Source: a virus
IMG/VR virus record: IMGVR_UViG_3300021197_001793
Span: 6,655 to 70,654 of that record
Length of the DNA: 64,000 nucleotides
Reading direction: 5' to 3' (one strand)
The position numbers and the translations under genes are program-made. Positions 9,808-20,311 of this stretch are shown here, one piece after another. Every line of letters begins with the position of its first letter. Position 1 is the stretch's first letter. Below the pieces are notes generated by a model that worked only from the letters and a program-made list of their open reading frames with translations, ran no database searches and had not been told where the DNA came from.

Positions 9808-10299
9808 ATGTCAGACGATAAATGGAAAAAACCAGAACAACCACCTCCACCAATGTTTTTTGGGGAGAAAGAGCGTAATCTTGTAAAGCAGGTTAACGAT
9901 GAAATTATTGAGCGTGTAGTCGGCCAACAAGTGCTATATTTTCCATTAGACATCGAACACACTAACTACCATCCCCTTTATGGTGAAGCGGTGGAAAAAA
10001 CCTTCTTACCGCCCGTTAGAGTGTTTGCTTTAGTGGAGTATCAAGGGGTCGAAACAGAATTTATGCAAGGAGTTGGAATTGACAAGAAAACTGGTCTTTC
10101 TGTGAAGTTTCATAGAAGGCGCTTGACTGAAGATCAAGATCTGTTTGTAAGAGAGGGAGACTTTGTTCGCTATGGAGATATTTACTATGAGATAGTTAAA
10201 TTATCTGAACCAAAGTTGCTATTCGGGCAACCAGAACATCGTTTTGAAATTCAAGCCGAATGTATAAGAGCAAGAGACGGATTATTCAATGCCAGTTAA
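9808..10299 (+). CDS. Neck protein (T4 gp14-like)
   Basis: GQQVLYF, HPLYGEA, EGDFV..YYEI pattern and synteny. Confidence 0.7.
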   Translation: MSDDKWKKPEQPPPPMFFGEKERNLVKQVNDEIIERVVGQQVLYFPLDIEHTNYHPLYGEAVEKTFLPPVRVFALVEYQGVETEFMQGVGIDKKTGLSVKFHRRRLTEDQDLFVREGDFVRYGDIYYEIVKLSEPKLLFGQPEHRFEIQAECIRARDGLFNAS

Positions 10300-11119
10300 C
10301 GAAGCACCATTTTTACCATCAACTCTAGAAAACATAGACACAGCTTTATATAAGTGGGTCAATGAACTAGAGTTAGCGACTTCTACCAATGACGGATTAA
10401 AGGAAACACCAATTATCTGGCTTGGTACTGAGAGAGCATTTCAAATTAAGAATAATAAAGAGTTAAGAGACAACGTTGGTAAACTAAAATTACCAATTGT
10501 GACAGTTAATCGTGACTCTGTTACAAAAGATCCAACATTCAAAGGGGCTTTCCAAGCCGACATACCAGAGGCTAATGATTTTAAGGGCGGAGCAATCACA
10601 ATTCGTCGCAGAGTTAAGCAGGACAAAACTAGAAATTTTGCAAATGCAGACGCTGCAAGAGTTCAAACCGGTGATGAAACAAGAAGATCTGGAAATAATA
10701 AAATTGTATACCAAGAAATAACCATTCCAGCACCAGTGTATGTAACGGTTATGTATTCTATTATAATCAAAACAGAATATCAACAGCAGATGAATGATTT
10801 AGTATCTTCCTTTATTACAATAACTGGTAATATAAATTCTGACGTTATTGAGAATGATGGTTGGAATTACGAAATATTTATTGAGAGTAATTTTGCTGAA
10901 ACTAAAAATGTTGACAATCTAGCGGAACAAGAAAGATTATTTGAAACAAAAGTACAAATAAAAACACTTGGTTATTTGATTGGGGAAGGCAAGAACAGAA
11001 TCAGACCCCAGTATGTTGAAAGGGAAACGAGGGCACAGATAAGAATTGTTCGTGAACGTGTTATTGTCGGTGACAAAAGACCATGGCTAAACAATGATGA
11101 CTTTGAATTCAAGGAATGA
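10289..11119 (+). CDS. Tail terminator/sheath stabiliser (T4 gp15-like)
   Basis: LPIVTVNR, PVYVTVMYSIII..YQQQMN pattern. Directly before the sheath gene. Confidence 0.65.
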   Translation: MPVNEAPFLPSTLENIDTALYKWVNELELATSTNDGLKETPIIWLGTERAFQIKNNKELRDNVGKLKLPIVTVNRDSVTKDPTFKGAFQADIPEANDFKGGAITIRRRVKQDKTRNFANADAARVQTGDETRRSGNNKIVYQEITIPAPVYVTVMYSIIIKTEYQQQMNDLVSSFITITGNINSDVIENDGWNYEIFIESNFAETKNVDNLAEQERLFETKVQIKTLGYLIGEGKNRIRPQYVERETRAQIRIVRERVIVGDKRPWLNNDDFEFKE

Positions 11120-11178
11120 GGTTTTTGGGTCTAAAAGATACTATTTAGTGAGAGAAAAGAATTATAAGGAGATTTTTA

Positions 11179-14100
11179 ATGCCTAAGAAGTTTGATTTTA
11201 TATCACCCGGAGTTTCCCTTAACGAGGTAGACCAAAGCGAGATTACGCTCCCATCTGAGGAAGATGGTATTTTAATTATTGGACGAGCGCCTCAAGGACC
11301 GGCAAACGTACCTATCAAAGTGAAAAGTTTATCTGATTTTTACGAGACCTTTGGTAGACCCATTTCAGGTAAAGGTTCAAATGCCTCTGATGTTTGGAGA
11401 GACGGTAACGAACAAGCAACAACATACGGAATGTATGCCGCACAAGCATGGCTAGCCGCAGAGGTATCGCCTGTTACTTTCGTAAGGCTTTTGGGTGCTG
11501 ATGCAACCAGCCAAGCAAGTGGATACGTTAAAGCAGGCTGGAATACGAGTCATGACAACAGCATATTTGCAGCCAGTAATGCTGCGGCCTATGGTCTGTT
11601 TCTAATGCCCTCTGGTGCTGCTAATGAAACAGCCTTGACAGGTAAGCTGGCGGCTGTGATTTATGCATCTGGTTCCTCTTTGGGACTTGTAGGGTCAAAG
11701 CCAAAAGTTGCCGTGACCTTGCCAACTACTGTCGGCGCAGCAAGTACCTTGGTTTTATCTGACTCGTCTGCCGGTGTTGCAAACACATTTAAATTAAGAA
11801 TTTCAAGTTCAAGTGGAGCAGAGTCTTTAACATTCCATTTTGATAAAGATAAAAAAGATGGATATATCAGAAACGTATTGAATTGCAACCCACAGAAGCT
11901 CGAATCATTGAATTATGGATCAACTGAGCCTTATTTCTTAGGTGAAACCTTCGAAGTTGCCGCACAGGAAATTGCAGACATTAGTTCTTCCGCCGGACAG
12001 CAATATGGTATTTTGATGCCTCTTGCCGCAGGTTCTAGTAACAAATGGTCAAACCATGAAAGAGCAGCTATTGCTGGAAAAACAGGATGGTTTATCAGTA
12101 GAAATCCAAACCCAGTTGGAAATTATGCTAATTTTAATGTTGGTGAGACTGATAATAAAGCAACACTTGTTGATGCTATTGATACAACCGGAATAGCAGC
12201 GAATGATTCATTCACAATAACTGTCCCAACAGCGGCAGGTGGGGATGGACTCGCATACACAGTTTTGTTTGCCACCACTACAAATATTGATGCTAACTCT
12301 GGTGCAAGAACATATGGTATCTCAACAGAAAGAATTGATGACGATGCTGACGGTGCTGCTGTTCTTATCTTGGCTATTAATGGAAAAACTGATTCCGGTG
12401 CACAATACAAGTATGGCGATAATAATCATGATGATAGTGGCTTTGAGTTTAAAATACCGGGGATCACAGCTACTGCTGGTACCACTGCTAACAAAATTAC
12501 TTTAACTATGGATGTGCCGGGTACTGCTGGTAATGTAGAAAATGTCCTTGCAGCAACCACAGGATTTGAGGCTGGTTTGTTGCTTGAATCCTCGTTTTTG
12601 GGCGGCGGAGTCACTTCAACATCAGCAAAAAGACTGTTTAGACTGTGTTCTTTGCACGAAGGAGAATGGTTTCAGCAAAACTATGGCGTCAGAATTCAAG
12701 ACTTGAGATTAGGGACCCCATCTTCTCCATATTCAACATTCTCTGTTATGATTGTTGATCGAGCCGGAGCGACCGTTGAAACATTCCAGAACCTTACTTT
12801 AAATGAAGCAAGTGAAAATTTTATTGGAAAAAGAATCGGAGATAAATATCAAGTATATAACTCCACACTAGGAAAGTATGTTATTAATGGCGAATACGCA
12901 AACAATTCATCTTATGTTCGTGTAGAAATGCACTCAGACTATAAGGCGGGACTAACAGATACATCCGCATTGCCATTTGGCGTGTTTGGTCCAAGAAAGG
13001 GTCGTGACATTGCATTTAGTTCAGGTTCAGCCGATGCGACCGGTAACCATTTGGGATTGTCGGTTAAAGCCGGAGCAGTAGATCAAGGAATAGGCGCTGA
13101 CATATCGACTAGTCATTTTGCTGATTTACAAATGAATATGGATATTACATTACAATTCCCAGAATTGAAATTAACTGCTAATAATACTTCAGCCGGAAAC
13201 TACAGTAATTTATATACTTTTGGTGTTCGGCACATGAAAGCAGCAGATAACGAAGGCAAAAAGGCTCTTTGGACGACTGCTGATTATAAAGATATTACTA
13301 GAGCACTTCCCGGTGGGCTTGATATTACCGGTGAAGCTAGTAGTGTATACTTGAAACAATCTTGGATCTTTTCTTTAGATGACTTGAGACGAGACTCATC
13401 AGACGCAGAAAAATATTATTTTGAAGCAGGTTCTCACAAAGCAGGTAATTCTATTACTGCCGCAGAGGGAACAAATGCTCTTTTAACTTCAAGTGTCAAG
13501 CAATTCAATGCTCCATTCTTTGGTGGCGCAGACGGTCTTGATATTAAGCAAGTCGAGCAGTTCTCAATTGAAACTGGGCTTGCTACTACTCAGAGTGAAT
13601 CAAAGCATTATGCTTATTATTCTGTGAAAAGAGCACTAGACATTGTGAACGATCCGGAATTGTTGAACTTTGATATTATTTCAATGCCCGGTCTTATCAA
13701 TGGTTCTCTTTCTCAAGAATTAATTAGAGTTGCGGAAGAACGTGGCGATGCTCTTGCAATTATTGATTTGGATGGTGGATATAGAAAATCATATGAGAAT
13801 TCTTCTACAAATGGTAGTGAGGTCCTTGGAGATCATAAGCAGGCTATTACTAACGCACAATCAAGAGATTATGATACAAGTTATGCGGCAACCTATTACC
13901 CACCAGTACGATTAAGAGACACTTCTGATGGGGGTGCTAGCATTACAGTTGTTCATCCATCAGTTGCTGCTATTGGAGCAATTGGTTCAGCAGAAGCTAA
14001 TAGTGATGGCCCTTGGTTCGCTCCAGCCGGATTTAATCGTGGCGGAATTAAAGTGTTGGGTGGTAATAATGGCCCACGAGTTGTTGAAACTTTGGAACAC

Positions 14101-14535
14101 TTAACCAAACAAAATCGTGATGATTTGTATGAAGAAAATATTAACCCAATTGCAAGATTTCCTGCTATTAACGAAATCGTTATCTTTGGGCAAAAAACTC
14201 TTCAACAAACACCATCTGCATTAGATCGAATCAATGTTCGTCGATTGATGATTTATCTTAAAAAAGAAATTGGACGCATTGCAGACACAATTTTGTTTGA
14301 TCAAAATGTAAATTCCACTTGGAACAGATTCAGTTCTAAAGCAGACGCAGTATTAGCTGATGTCAAATCTAGATTCGGAATCACAGAATATAAACTGGTC
14401 TTGGATGAGACTACAACTACCGCAGACTTGGTAGATAGAAACATTATGTATGCTAAGGTTTTTGTTAAACCTGCTAGAGCAATCGAGTTCATAGTTATTG
14501 ACTTTGTTATAACTAAGACCGGTATAGAATTATAA
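11179..14535 (+). CDS. Tail sheath protein
   Basis: SPGVSLNEVDQS N-terminus; PWFAPAGFNRG, INPIA, FGQKTLQ, SALDRINVRRL, KPARAIEFI in the C-terminal domain. Late motif at 11140. Confidence 0.96.
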   Translation: MPKKFDFISPGVSLNEVDQSEITLPSEEDGILIIGRAPQGPANVPIKVKSLSDFYETFGRPISGKGSNASDVWRDGNEQATTYGMYAAQAWLAAEVSPVTFVRLLGADATSQASGYVKAGWNTSHDNSIFAASNAAAYGLFLMPSGAANETALTGKLAAVIYASGSSLGLVGSKPKVAVTLPTTVGAASTLVLSDSSAGVANTFKLRISSSSGAESLTFHFDKDKKDGYIRNVLNCNPQKLESLNYGSTEPYFLGETFEVAAQEIADISSSAGQQYGILMPLAAGSSNKWSNHERAAIAGKTGWFISRNPNPVGNYANFNVGETDNKATLVDAIDTTGIAANDSFTITVPTAAGGDGLAYTVLFATTTNIDANSGARTYGISTERIDDDADGAAVLILAINGKTDSGAQYKYGDNNHDDSGFEFKIPGITATAGTTANKITLTMDVPGTAGNVENVLAATTGFEAGLLLESSFLGGGVTSTSAKRLFRLCSLHEGEWFQQNYGVRIQDLRLGTPSSPYSTFSVMIVDRAGATVETFQNLTLNEASENFIGKRIGDKYQVYNSTLGKYVINGEYANNSSYVRVEMHSDYKAGLTDTSALPFGVFGPRKGRDIAFSSGSADATGNHLGLSVKAGAVDQGIGADISTSHFADLQMNMDITLQFPELKLTANNTSAGNYSNLYTFGVRHMKAADNEGKKALWTTADYKDITRALPGGLDITGEASSVYLKQSWIFSLDDLRRDSSDAEKYYFEAGSHKAGNSITAAEGTNALLTSSVKQFNAPFFGGADGLDIKQVEQFSIETGLATTQSESKHYAYYSVKRALDIVNDPELLNFDIISMPGLINGSLSQELIRVAEERGDALAIIDLDGGYRKSYENSSTNGSEVLGDHKQAITNAQSRDYDTSYAATYYPPVRLRDTSDGGASITVVHPSVAAIGAIGSAEANSDGPWFAPAGFNRGGIKVLGGNNGPRVVETLEHLTKQNRDDLYEENINPIARFPAINEIVIFGQKTLQQTPSALDRINVRRLMIYLKKEIGRIADTILFDQNVNSTWNRFSSKADAVLADVKSRFGITEYKLVLDETTTTADLVDRNIMYAKVFVKPARAIEFIVIDFVITKTGIEL

Positions 14536-14569
14536 ACTAAACTACTTATTGTAAAAGGAGAAATTAATT

Positions 14570-15124
14570 ATGGCTTTTTGGTCTAAACACGATTCGGCAC
14601 CTATGAGGAATTACCGATGGAAGCTACAAATGACTGGTCTTAACGAAGACGATATCGTTTGGTGGGCAAAAACTGTTAACGTTCCATCATGGGATATGAA
14701 TGAAGTAGAACATGATTATTTTGATAACAAGTTTTATTTTCCCGGACGTGTAACTTGGCAAGATGTCGAAGTAACTTTGGTCGATCCGGCTTCACCTTCT
14801 GCTGTTGAATTAACAAATAAAATGTTAGAAGGGTCTGGCTATAATATAGCAACAGAGCCCGGCGTAAAGAAAACAATTTCCAAAAAGGCAGCGGCAGATC
14901 CGACTGGAAATGGAGTTGGTAAATTCTTCTTAACGCTTTATGATGCTGAAGGAAATGAAAAAGAAAAATGGACGCTTAATAACGCTTTTGTTAAAGCTGC
15001 CAAATACGGTGATATGGATTATTCAAATGATGATTTAAGACAAATCTCAATGACTATCAAGTATGACTGGGCAACTTGTGAAATGAAAGACAGCAATACA
15101 AAATATTTTTCAACTGAGAGCTAG
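14570..15124 (+). CDS. Tail tube protein (gp19-like)
   Basis: YFPGRVTWQDVEVTLVDP, KWTLNNAF..YGDMDYS, IKYDWA. Follows the sheath, motif ACTACTTA at 14541. Confidence 0.9.
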   Translation: MAFWSKHDSAPMRNYRWKLQMTGLNEDDIVWWAKTVNVPSWDMNEVEHDYFDNKFYFPGRVTWQDVEVTLVDPASPSAVELTNKMLEGSGYNIATEPGVKKTISKKAAADPTGNGVGKFFLTLYDAEGNEKEKWTLNNAFVKAAKYGDMDYSNDDLRQISMTIKYDWATCEMKDSNTKYFSTES

Positions 15125-15132
15125 AGGTATAA

Positions 15133-15630
15133 ATGGCCTTTTGGAGTCAATACAACATGGAGCCGTTACGTAAGCGGTCGTTTGAAGTGCAAATCGATGG
15201 CACAGACGGTTTTAGCTTTTTAGCCAAATCAGTTAATAAGCCAACGCTTGAAACCGAGGTTAATGAGTACAGACTGATCAACCAAGTAGTAAAATTTCCA
15301 ACAGTTCCAAAATGGAATGAAATAACAATTAAGTATATAGAAACAGCAGACCAAGATATCTCAAAAAGGTTACAAAAAATGATGACCCCTAAGCAAAGTA
15401 TAAATTCCGGATGGACAGCAGATGCTATCGAAAAACATCCCATGGGTCAACAAGGCAAACTTGCAGCCATGACTATAATACAATATGATTCCAAAAAAAG
15501 TCCAAAGTCTACATGGAAGTTTAAAAATCCCTTTATAAGGTCAATTAACTTTGGCGATAATGACTACTCCTCTGATGATTTTATAGAAGTTGAAGTAGTT
15601 GTTGTGTATGATTGGGCTTATTTAGAATAA
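15133..15630 (+). CDS. Second tail tube-like protein
   Basis: Paralogous to the previous gene: MAFWS start, AKSVNKP, PKWNEITI, FGDNDYS, YDWA. Confidence 0.85.
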   Translation: MAFWSQYNMEPLRKRSFEVQIDGTDGFSFLAKSVNKPTLETEVNEYRLINQVVKFPTVPKWNEITIKYIETADQDISKRLQKMMTPKQSINSGWTADAIEKHPMGQQGKLAAMTIIQYDSKKSPKSTWKFKNPFIRSINFGDNDYSSDDFIEVEVVVVYDWAYLE

Positions 15631-15649
15631 TTTAAAAGAGAGGTGATAA

Positions 15650-16504
15650 TTGTCAAGAAATGATATTAATAGGGTAGGTGCCCCTCCTGCTAGCGCAGAA
15701 GCACCAGTAACTCAGATGCAAAATGAGAAAGTGTTTGATCCGTTAAGTTTTGTTGCACCAACAGAATTTGTTGAACTACCTTCTAGAGGGCTTTGTTATT
15801 CTGAGGATCATCCGCTGCATAATCAGGAAACAATAGAGATTAAGTTTATGACAGCAAAAGAAGAAGACATTCTTTCTTCTAGAGCCCTATTAAAGAAAGG
15901 TATTGCCATTGAGAGGTTTATTCAAAGTGTCATTGTTGACCGTAAAATTAAAGCAAAAGATCTCTTGGTTGGCGACCGAAATGCAATCCTAATCGCAGCT
16001 AGAGTATCAGGATATGGTAACATATACGAAACACAGGTCGGTTGTCCGTCGTGTGGGGAAAAGTCTAGTTTTTCTTTTGATCTTAATAACAAAAAAGTCA
16101 AAGAGACAGAAGAAAATGACGATGTTAAAAGCTTAGGTGATGGCACATTCCAAATAACAATGCCTTATTCTAAATTTAAAACTGTTTTTCGTTTGTTAAC
16201 AGGAGCCGATGAGGCATACCTGACGGCAACTGCTGCTTCGAAAAAGAAAGCAACCAAGGTTGATTCAATTCTTATGGAACAGTATGAAAGAATGATTGCA
16301 TCGATCGAAGGACACTCAGACAGAAGCATAGTAAAAAAATATGTTGAAAACATGCCAACCTTAGATTCTCGTCACTTAAGAAAGTGTTATGCTTCGGTTA
16401 CACCTGATGTCAATATCAGGGAAGATTTTGAATGCCACTCCTGCGGCCATGAGCAAGAGATGGAGGTGCCCTTTGGGGCAGACTTTTTTTGGCCTGACCG
16501 ATAA
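15650..16504 (+). CDS. Baseplate hub/tail assembly chaperone (T4 gp26/gp51-like)
   Basis: ELPSRG, MTAKEEDIL, GDRNAILIAARV, two CxxC pairs, ends FFWP. Located between tubes and tape measure. Confidence 0.8.
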   Translation: MSRNDINRVGAPPASAEAPVTQMQNEKVFDPLSFVAPTEFVELPSRGLCYSEDHPLHNQETIEIKFMTAKEEDILSSRALLKKGIAIERFIQSVIVDRKIKAKDLLVGDRNAILIAARVSGYGNIYETQVGCPSCGEKSSFSFDLNNKKVKETEENDDVKSLGDGTFQITMPYSKFKTVFRLLTGADEAYLTATAASKKKATKVDSILMEQYERMIASIEGHSDRSIVKKYVENMPTLDSRHLRKCYASVTPDVNIREDFECHSCGHEQEMEVPFGADFFWPDR

Positions 16505-16673
16505 TTACATGGAAAACGTCTATGAACAGTTTTTTATATTAAAACATCATGGAGGTTGGTCATTTATCGAAGTCTATAACCTACCGGTAGGGTTGAGACA
16601 CTGGTGGTTGCAGCGGCTTGAAAAACAATTTAAAGAAGAGAATGACTCAATGAAAAAATCTTCTAAAAGATGA
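16484..16673 (+). CDS. Frameshift extension / small tail assembly chaperone partner
   Basis: +1-frame ORF overlapping the end of the chaperone at a T7 run: GLTDNYMENVYEQFFILKHHGGWSFIEVYNLPVGLRHWWLQRL. Confidence 0.65.
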
Positions 16674-16677
16674 TATG

Positions 16678-16700
16678 GTGCCCCGAGGGGCATTTTTTTA
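16678..16700 (+). terminator. Intrinsic terminator
   Basis: TGCCC-CGAG-GGGCA hairpin followed by a T7 run. Confidence 0.75.
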
Positions 16701-16735
16701 TTAAAACTATTTATTGTAAACGGAGGCAGTACTCA

Positions 16736-17122
16736 ATGATTATTATTGATTTAACGAAAGAAGGTAAGACTCTAAATGAGAGCATTCTAAGAATGATTGG
16801 TTCTTGGACTAAAACCATCCTTAAACATATGTATGGAAAGGATACAAAAATGGTGGGAGCGGTTACTTTAGGTGACTTGGGAAATCTAATAAAAGAAGAG
16901 GGAGACGAAGAAAAGCAGCCCAATTTTATTATTAGAGGAAAATATCGGGATGTCAGAGCGTATGCTTCGGCTATTGTAAGAGAGAAGGAATATTTGGACG
17001 CCTACTCAGAGTATGGCAAAGATCATTTGCAAACTGTCAAGGCAAGAGAAAAATTGAAACCGGCAGTTGCCGAATTTGAAAGCGCCACAGGAATTACTTG
17101 GCCCTTCAAAGATGAGGGATAA
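16736..17122 (+). CDS. Hypothetical virion-associated protein
   Basis: Start chosen at ATG 16736 (GGAGG SD, late motif at 16706). Contains TLNES and LIKEE motifs. Confidence 0.6.
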   Translation: MIIIDLTKEGKTLNESILRMIGSWTKTILKHMYGKDTKMVGAVTLGDLGNLIKEEGDEEKQPNFIIRGKYRDVRAYASAIVREKEYLDAYSEYGKDHLQTVKAREKLKPAVAEFESATGITWPFKDEG

Positions 17123-17125
17123 TAG

Positions 17126-19684
17126 ATGGCTAAATCACCCGACGAAATGACCCCAGAAGAACTCAAACAAAGAGTTAAGCTATTAGAAGAAGAGAAAAAG
17201 ATTCGTGAAGAGTTAAAAAAGCTATCCTTAGACGAAAAGAGGCACCAAGCGGAAGTTGCTGCGCTTAAGGGCGACTCAATGGAGCAGATGAAAGCCCAGT
17301 TGGCTATGATTAAAGAGCTAAATGAGATCGATAGAGCCGCTGCTGCGGCAACTGGTCCGGAAAAAGAAGAGCTATTAAAAAGGTACCAATCCCAATTAGA
17401 AGCTCTAGAAAATATAGGCATAAAAACCTCAGAATTAACAGAAAAAACAAAAGAGTTAGAAGCAGCAACCTCCAAAATGGCGCAAGCAGGCGATAAGGCA
17501 GGTGAGAAATTCTTTGGAGGTATTGCTTCCAAAATGGGTCTAGCTTCAAAAGCCGGAGACAATTGGATTTCAAAATTGCAAGTCATGGGCAAGAATATGA
17601 AAGACCCTGAATATGCCAAATCTTTTAAAAAGCAAATGGGGCAGATTTTTACTATTCAGAATGCGGTAGCCTCTGCTACAATGGCTATTGTTCAAGCTAC
17701 CATAGCCATGGCAGTTCAAGCAGACAAAGCCACTGCTGCGTTTGCCAAACAAACAGGAACAGGAACAACCCACAGGGCAGCTATTGCTAATTTGGGTCAA
17801 GAATATAGAGAACTTGGTGTGACACAGGAAGATGCGGCCAAGACGATTGGGTCTTTGTTCGATAAAATGCCCGGATATACTCAAATGGCTGGTGACCAAC
17901 GAAAACAATTTGAAAGATTAACAGCGACTCTTGATAAATTAGGTGTTGCCACTGAGGATTCTGCTGCTTTGATGTCAGATCTTATGAAGGGTCAAAAAAT
18001 GAGCGCAGAAATGGCAAGACAACAAACACAAGAACTTGCAATGATGGCCGAATCCCTTCAAATGAGAGCAGGCCAATTTGTAAAAGGCTTCAGAGAAGCG
18101 CAAAAGGTTCTTGCTCCCTATGGCAGGAATGCAATCAAAGTTTTCAAAAATATTGCGTCTGCTGCACAAGCAGCCGGAGTTGAAACCTCCGCTCTTTTAA
18201 ATATGGCAGGTAAATTTGACACGTTCAGTGATTCAGCAGAAACCGCAGGTAAATTGAACGCTATTTTAGGATCACAACTGTCGGCAACTGAATTATTAAC
18301 AATGAGTGAAGATAAAAGAATTGAAACCGTAATACGATCGATGCAAGCCCAAGGCAAGTCCTTTAAAGACATGGACAGGTTTACTCAAAAAGCAGTAGCA
18401 CAGACACTTGGTATTCAAGACCTAAATGAAGCACAAAAGATTTTGGGTATGGATGTTGCAGGGTTTCAAAATTATCAAAAACAAGCAGAGAGCGCAGCAA
18501 AAGAACAAGCAGCAATGGAAGAAAAAGCAAAAGCCTCAATGGATGCGATGACGAAGTTGAAAATGGCTTTTGCAAACCTAGCACAAGTCCTTGTTCCGAT
18601 GATTGAAGGATTTCAATTCTTCGCACAATTGATTTTAGATGCATCTGGATGGATGAACGGTTTTGGCGGATACGTCATTATGGGAGGAATTGCTTTGCTA
18701 ATGCTAGCAAAAGTAATGTTACCCCTAATATCAATAATGTCCATGTTTGGAGTTGGAGGTAAAACGGCTCGTAAGGGTATGGAAGAAGTAGGGAAGGGTG
18801 GCGCAAGAGGAGCGCATGGGGTTGCTACTTTTGGTGCGGCCATGGCGACAGTCACACTACCTATCTTGGGAATTGTATTAGCTTTGGGTTTAATGATGGT
18901 ATTATTTGTCATTCTAATACTTACGCTGGTTGATGCCGGGGAAAACGGAATGTATGCGGGGATTGCCTTAATGACTGTGGCCGCTTCAGTATACATATTA
19001 TCCGGCGCACTGGCTATGTTATCTACGGTTGGTGCAATAGGGTCGGTTATTTTAGTTATTTTGATTGGTTTGTTTGTAACAATGGCCCTTGCAACAGCAG
19101 CAGCAGGACTAGGTATCGCAGCAGCCTTTAAGGAATTAAATAGTTTTATTTCTGGTGGTGGAGAGATATCAAAGGTAGCGGATGCTTTAGATGATCTTGG
19201 AACCGCATTTCGTAATTTAAATGTTGGGATGAGAGGTGGCGGACTAATTCAAAAAGGGCTTGCATTTATTGGTATTGGAGGGGGAACACCAAAGAAAACT
19301 CCAATAGCGCAAATGGCAGAAGATATGAAGCCGCTAATTGACAAGGCCGATCAGTTAGCTGCTATATTCAGCGGAATATCAGAAGTATTTAAAGTCGCAC
19401 AAGGCGGACTCGGGACGACATTCACAGACATGGCATTAGCAATTGATTCTTTATTCGAGTCTGTGGACAAGAGTTCAGAAAAAGGCGTTCAAATTTCCCA
19501 CACTTTGGAGAACCTTGCCCTAATTACAAGTGGCACCAGTGCACAAGCTAGTGGGTTTAAGGGCGTCATAGGCGCAATTAATAAGTTAGTTGGAAAAAAA
19601 GAAATGATATTGACAGTCAAATTAGATAAGCAAGCAATTAAGGATTTGGCTGAGAATGGAATGGCCAAAATAGCAGTAAGTTGA
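17126..19684 (+). CDS. Tape measure protein
   Basis: 852 aa, Ala/Met/Gln-rich and helical, with hydrophobic segments in the C-terminal half. Follows the chaperones. Confidence 0.9.
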   Translation: MAKSPDEMTPEELKQRVKLLEEEKKIREELKKLSLDEKRHQAEVAALKGDSMEQMKAQLAMIKELNEIDRAAAAATGPEKEELLKRYQSQLEALENIGIKTSELTEKTKELEAATSKMAQAGDKAGEKFFGGIASKMGLASKAGDNWISKLQVMGKNMKDPEYAKSFKKQMGQIFTIQNAVASATMAIVQATIAMAVQADKATAAFAKQTGTGTTHRAAIANLGQEYRELGVTQEDAAKTIGSLFDKMPGYTQMAGDQRKQFERLTATLDKLGVATEDSAALMSDLMKGQKMSAEMARQQTQELAMMAESLQMRAGQFVKGFREAQKVLAPYGRNAIKVFKNIASAAQAAGVETSALLNMAGKFDTFSDSAETAGKLNAILGSQLSATELLTMSEDKRIETVIRSMQAQGKSFKDMDRFTQKAVAQTLGIQDLNEAQKILGMDVAGFQNYQKQAESAAKEQAAMEEKAKASMDAMTKLKMAFANLAQVLVPMIEGFQFFAQLILDASGWMNGFGGYVIMGGIALLMLAKVMLPLISIMSMFGVGGKTARKGMEEVGKGGARGAHGVATFGAAMATVTLPILGIVLALGLMMVLFVILILTLVDAGENGMYAGIALMTVAASVYILSGALAMLSTVGAIGSVILVILIGLFVTMALATAAAGLGIAAAFKELNSFISGGGEISKVADALDDLGTAFRNLNVGMRGGGLIQKGLAFIGIGGGTPKKTPIAQMAEDMKPLIDKADQLAAIFSGISEVFKVAQGGLGTTFTDMALAIDSLFESVDKSSEKGVQISHTLENLALITSGTSAQASGFKGVIGAINKLVGKKEMILTVKLDKQAIKDLAENGMAKIAVS

Positions 19685-19694
19685 GGTTTTTATT

Positions 19695-20300
19695 ATGTCA
19701 GAAAAATTAAAAATAACAAGTATGATAACGGGAGGGTCAGTTAGCTTTGATGCTTATCTTACCGATATGTCTCAAACATTTGATTCTACTTGGAATCAAA
19801 CAGAAGTTTTTGGGAGAAATGACCCAATTGCAACTTTTGCAAATACAAAGAGATCAATCTCTCTAAGTTTTGAAGTTCCTGCTGCTGATTTACAGCAGGC
19901 AAAAGCAAATATGGAAAATATAGGAAACCTTGTTACGTATATGTATCCGGGATATAATGTCAATCGAGCACCAACAGGAGAAATGATTGGAAAAGGCAAA
20001 AAAGCAAAACCAAAAATGGAAGTGACAGGGAAATATATCGCTAGGCCTCCATTGGTCAAGATCAAATTTGCTAATATTATAAAATCTTACAGAGGAGGAG
20101 GAGGATTATTAGGGTTTATTGATTCATTATCGACAAACCCAGTTTTAGAAGCTGGAATGTTTAAAGACAGCAGTGGCTTGTACCCTAGAACCGTTACTGT
20201 ATCTTTCGGTTTTACAGTTCTGCATCAGTCTGATCTAGGATGGGAAATAGACGGAAATGGAAAATTGGGATGGATGGCCAAAAAGATACCATTTATGTAG
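19695..20300 (+). CDS. Baseplate tube-initiator-like protein
   Basis: FDSTWN..VFGRNDPI..TKRSISLSF, MYP, PPLVKIKF. Follows the tape measure gene. Confidence 0.7.
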   Translation: MSEKLKITSMITGGSVSFDAYLTDMSQTFDSTWNQTEVFGRNDPIATFANTKRSISLSFEVPAADLQQAKANMENIGNLVTYMYPGYNVNRAPTGEMIGKGKKAKPKMEVTGKYIARPPLVKIKFANIIKSYRGGGGLLGFIDSLSTNPVLEAGMFKDSSGLYPRTVTVSFGFTVLHQSDLGWEIDGNGKLGWMAKKIPFM

Positions 20301-20311
20301 GAGATAATAAC

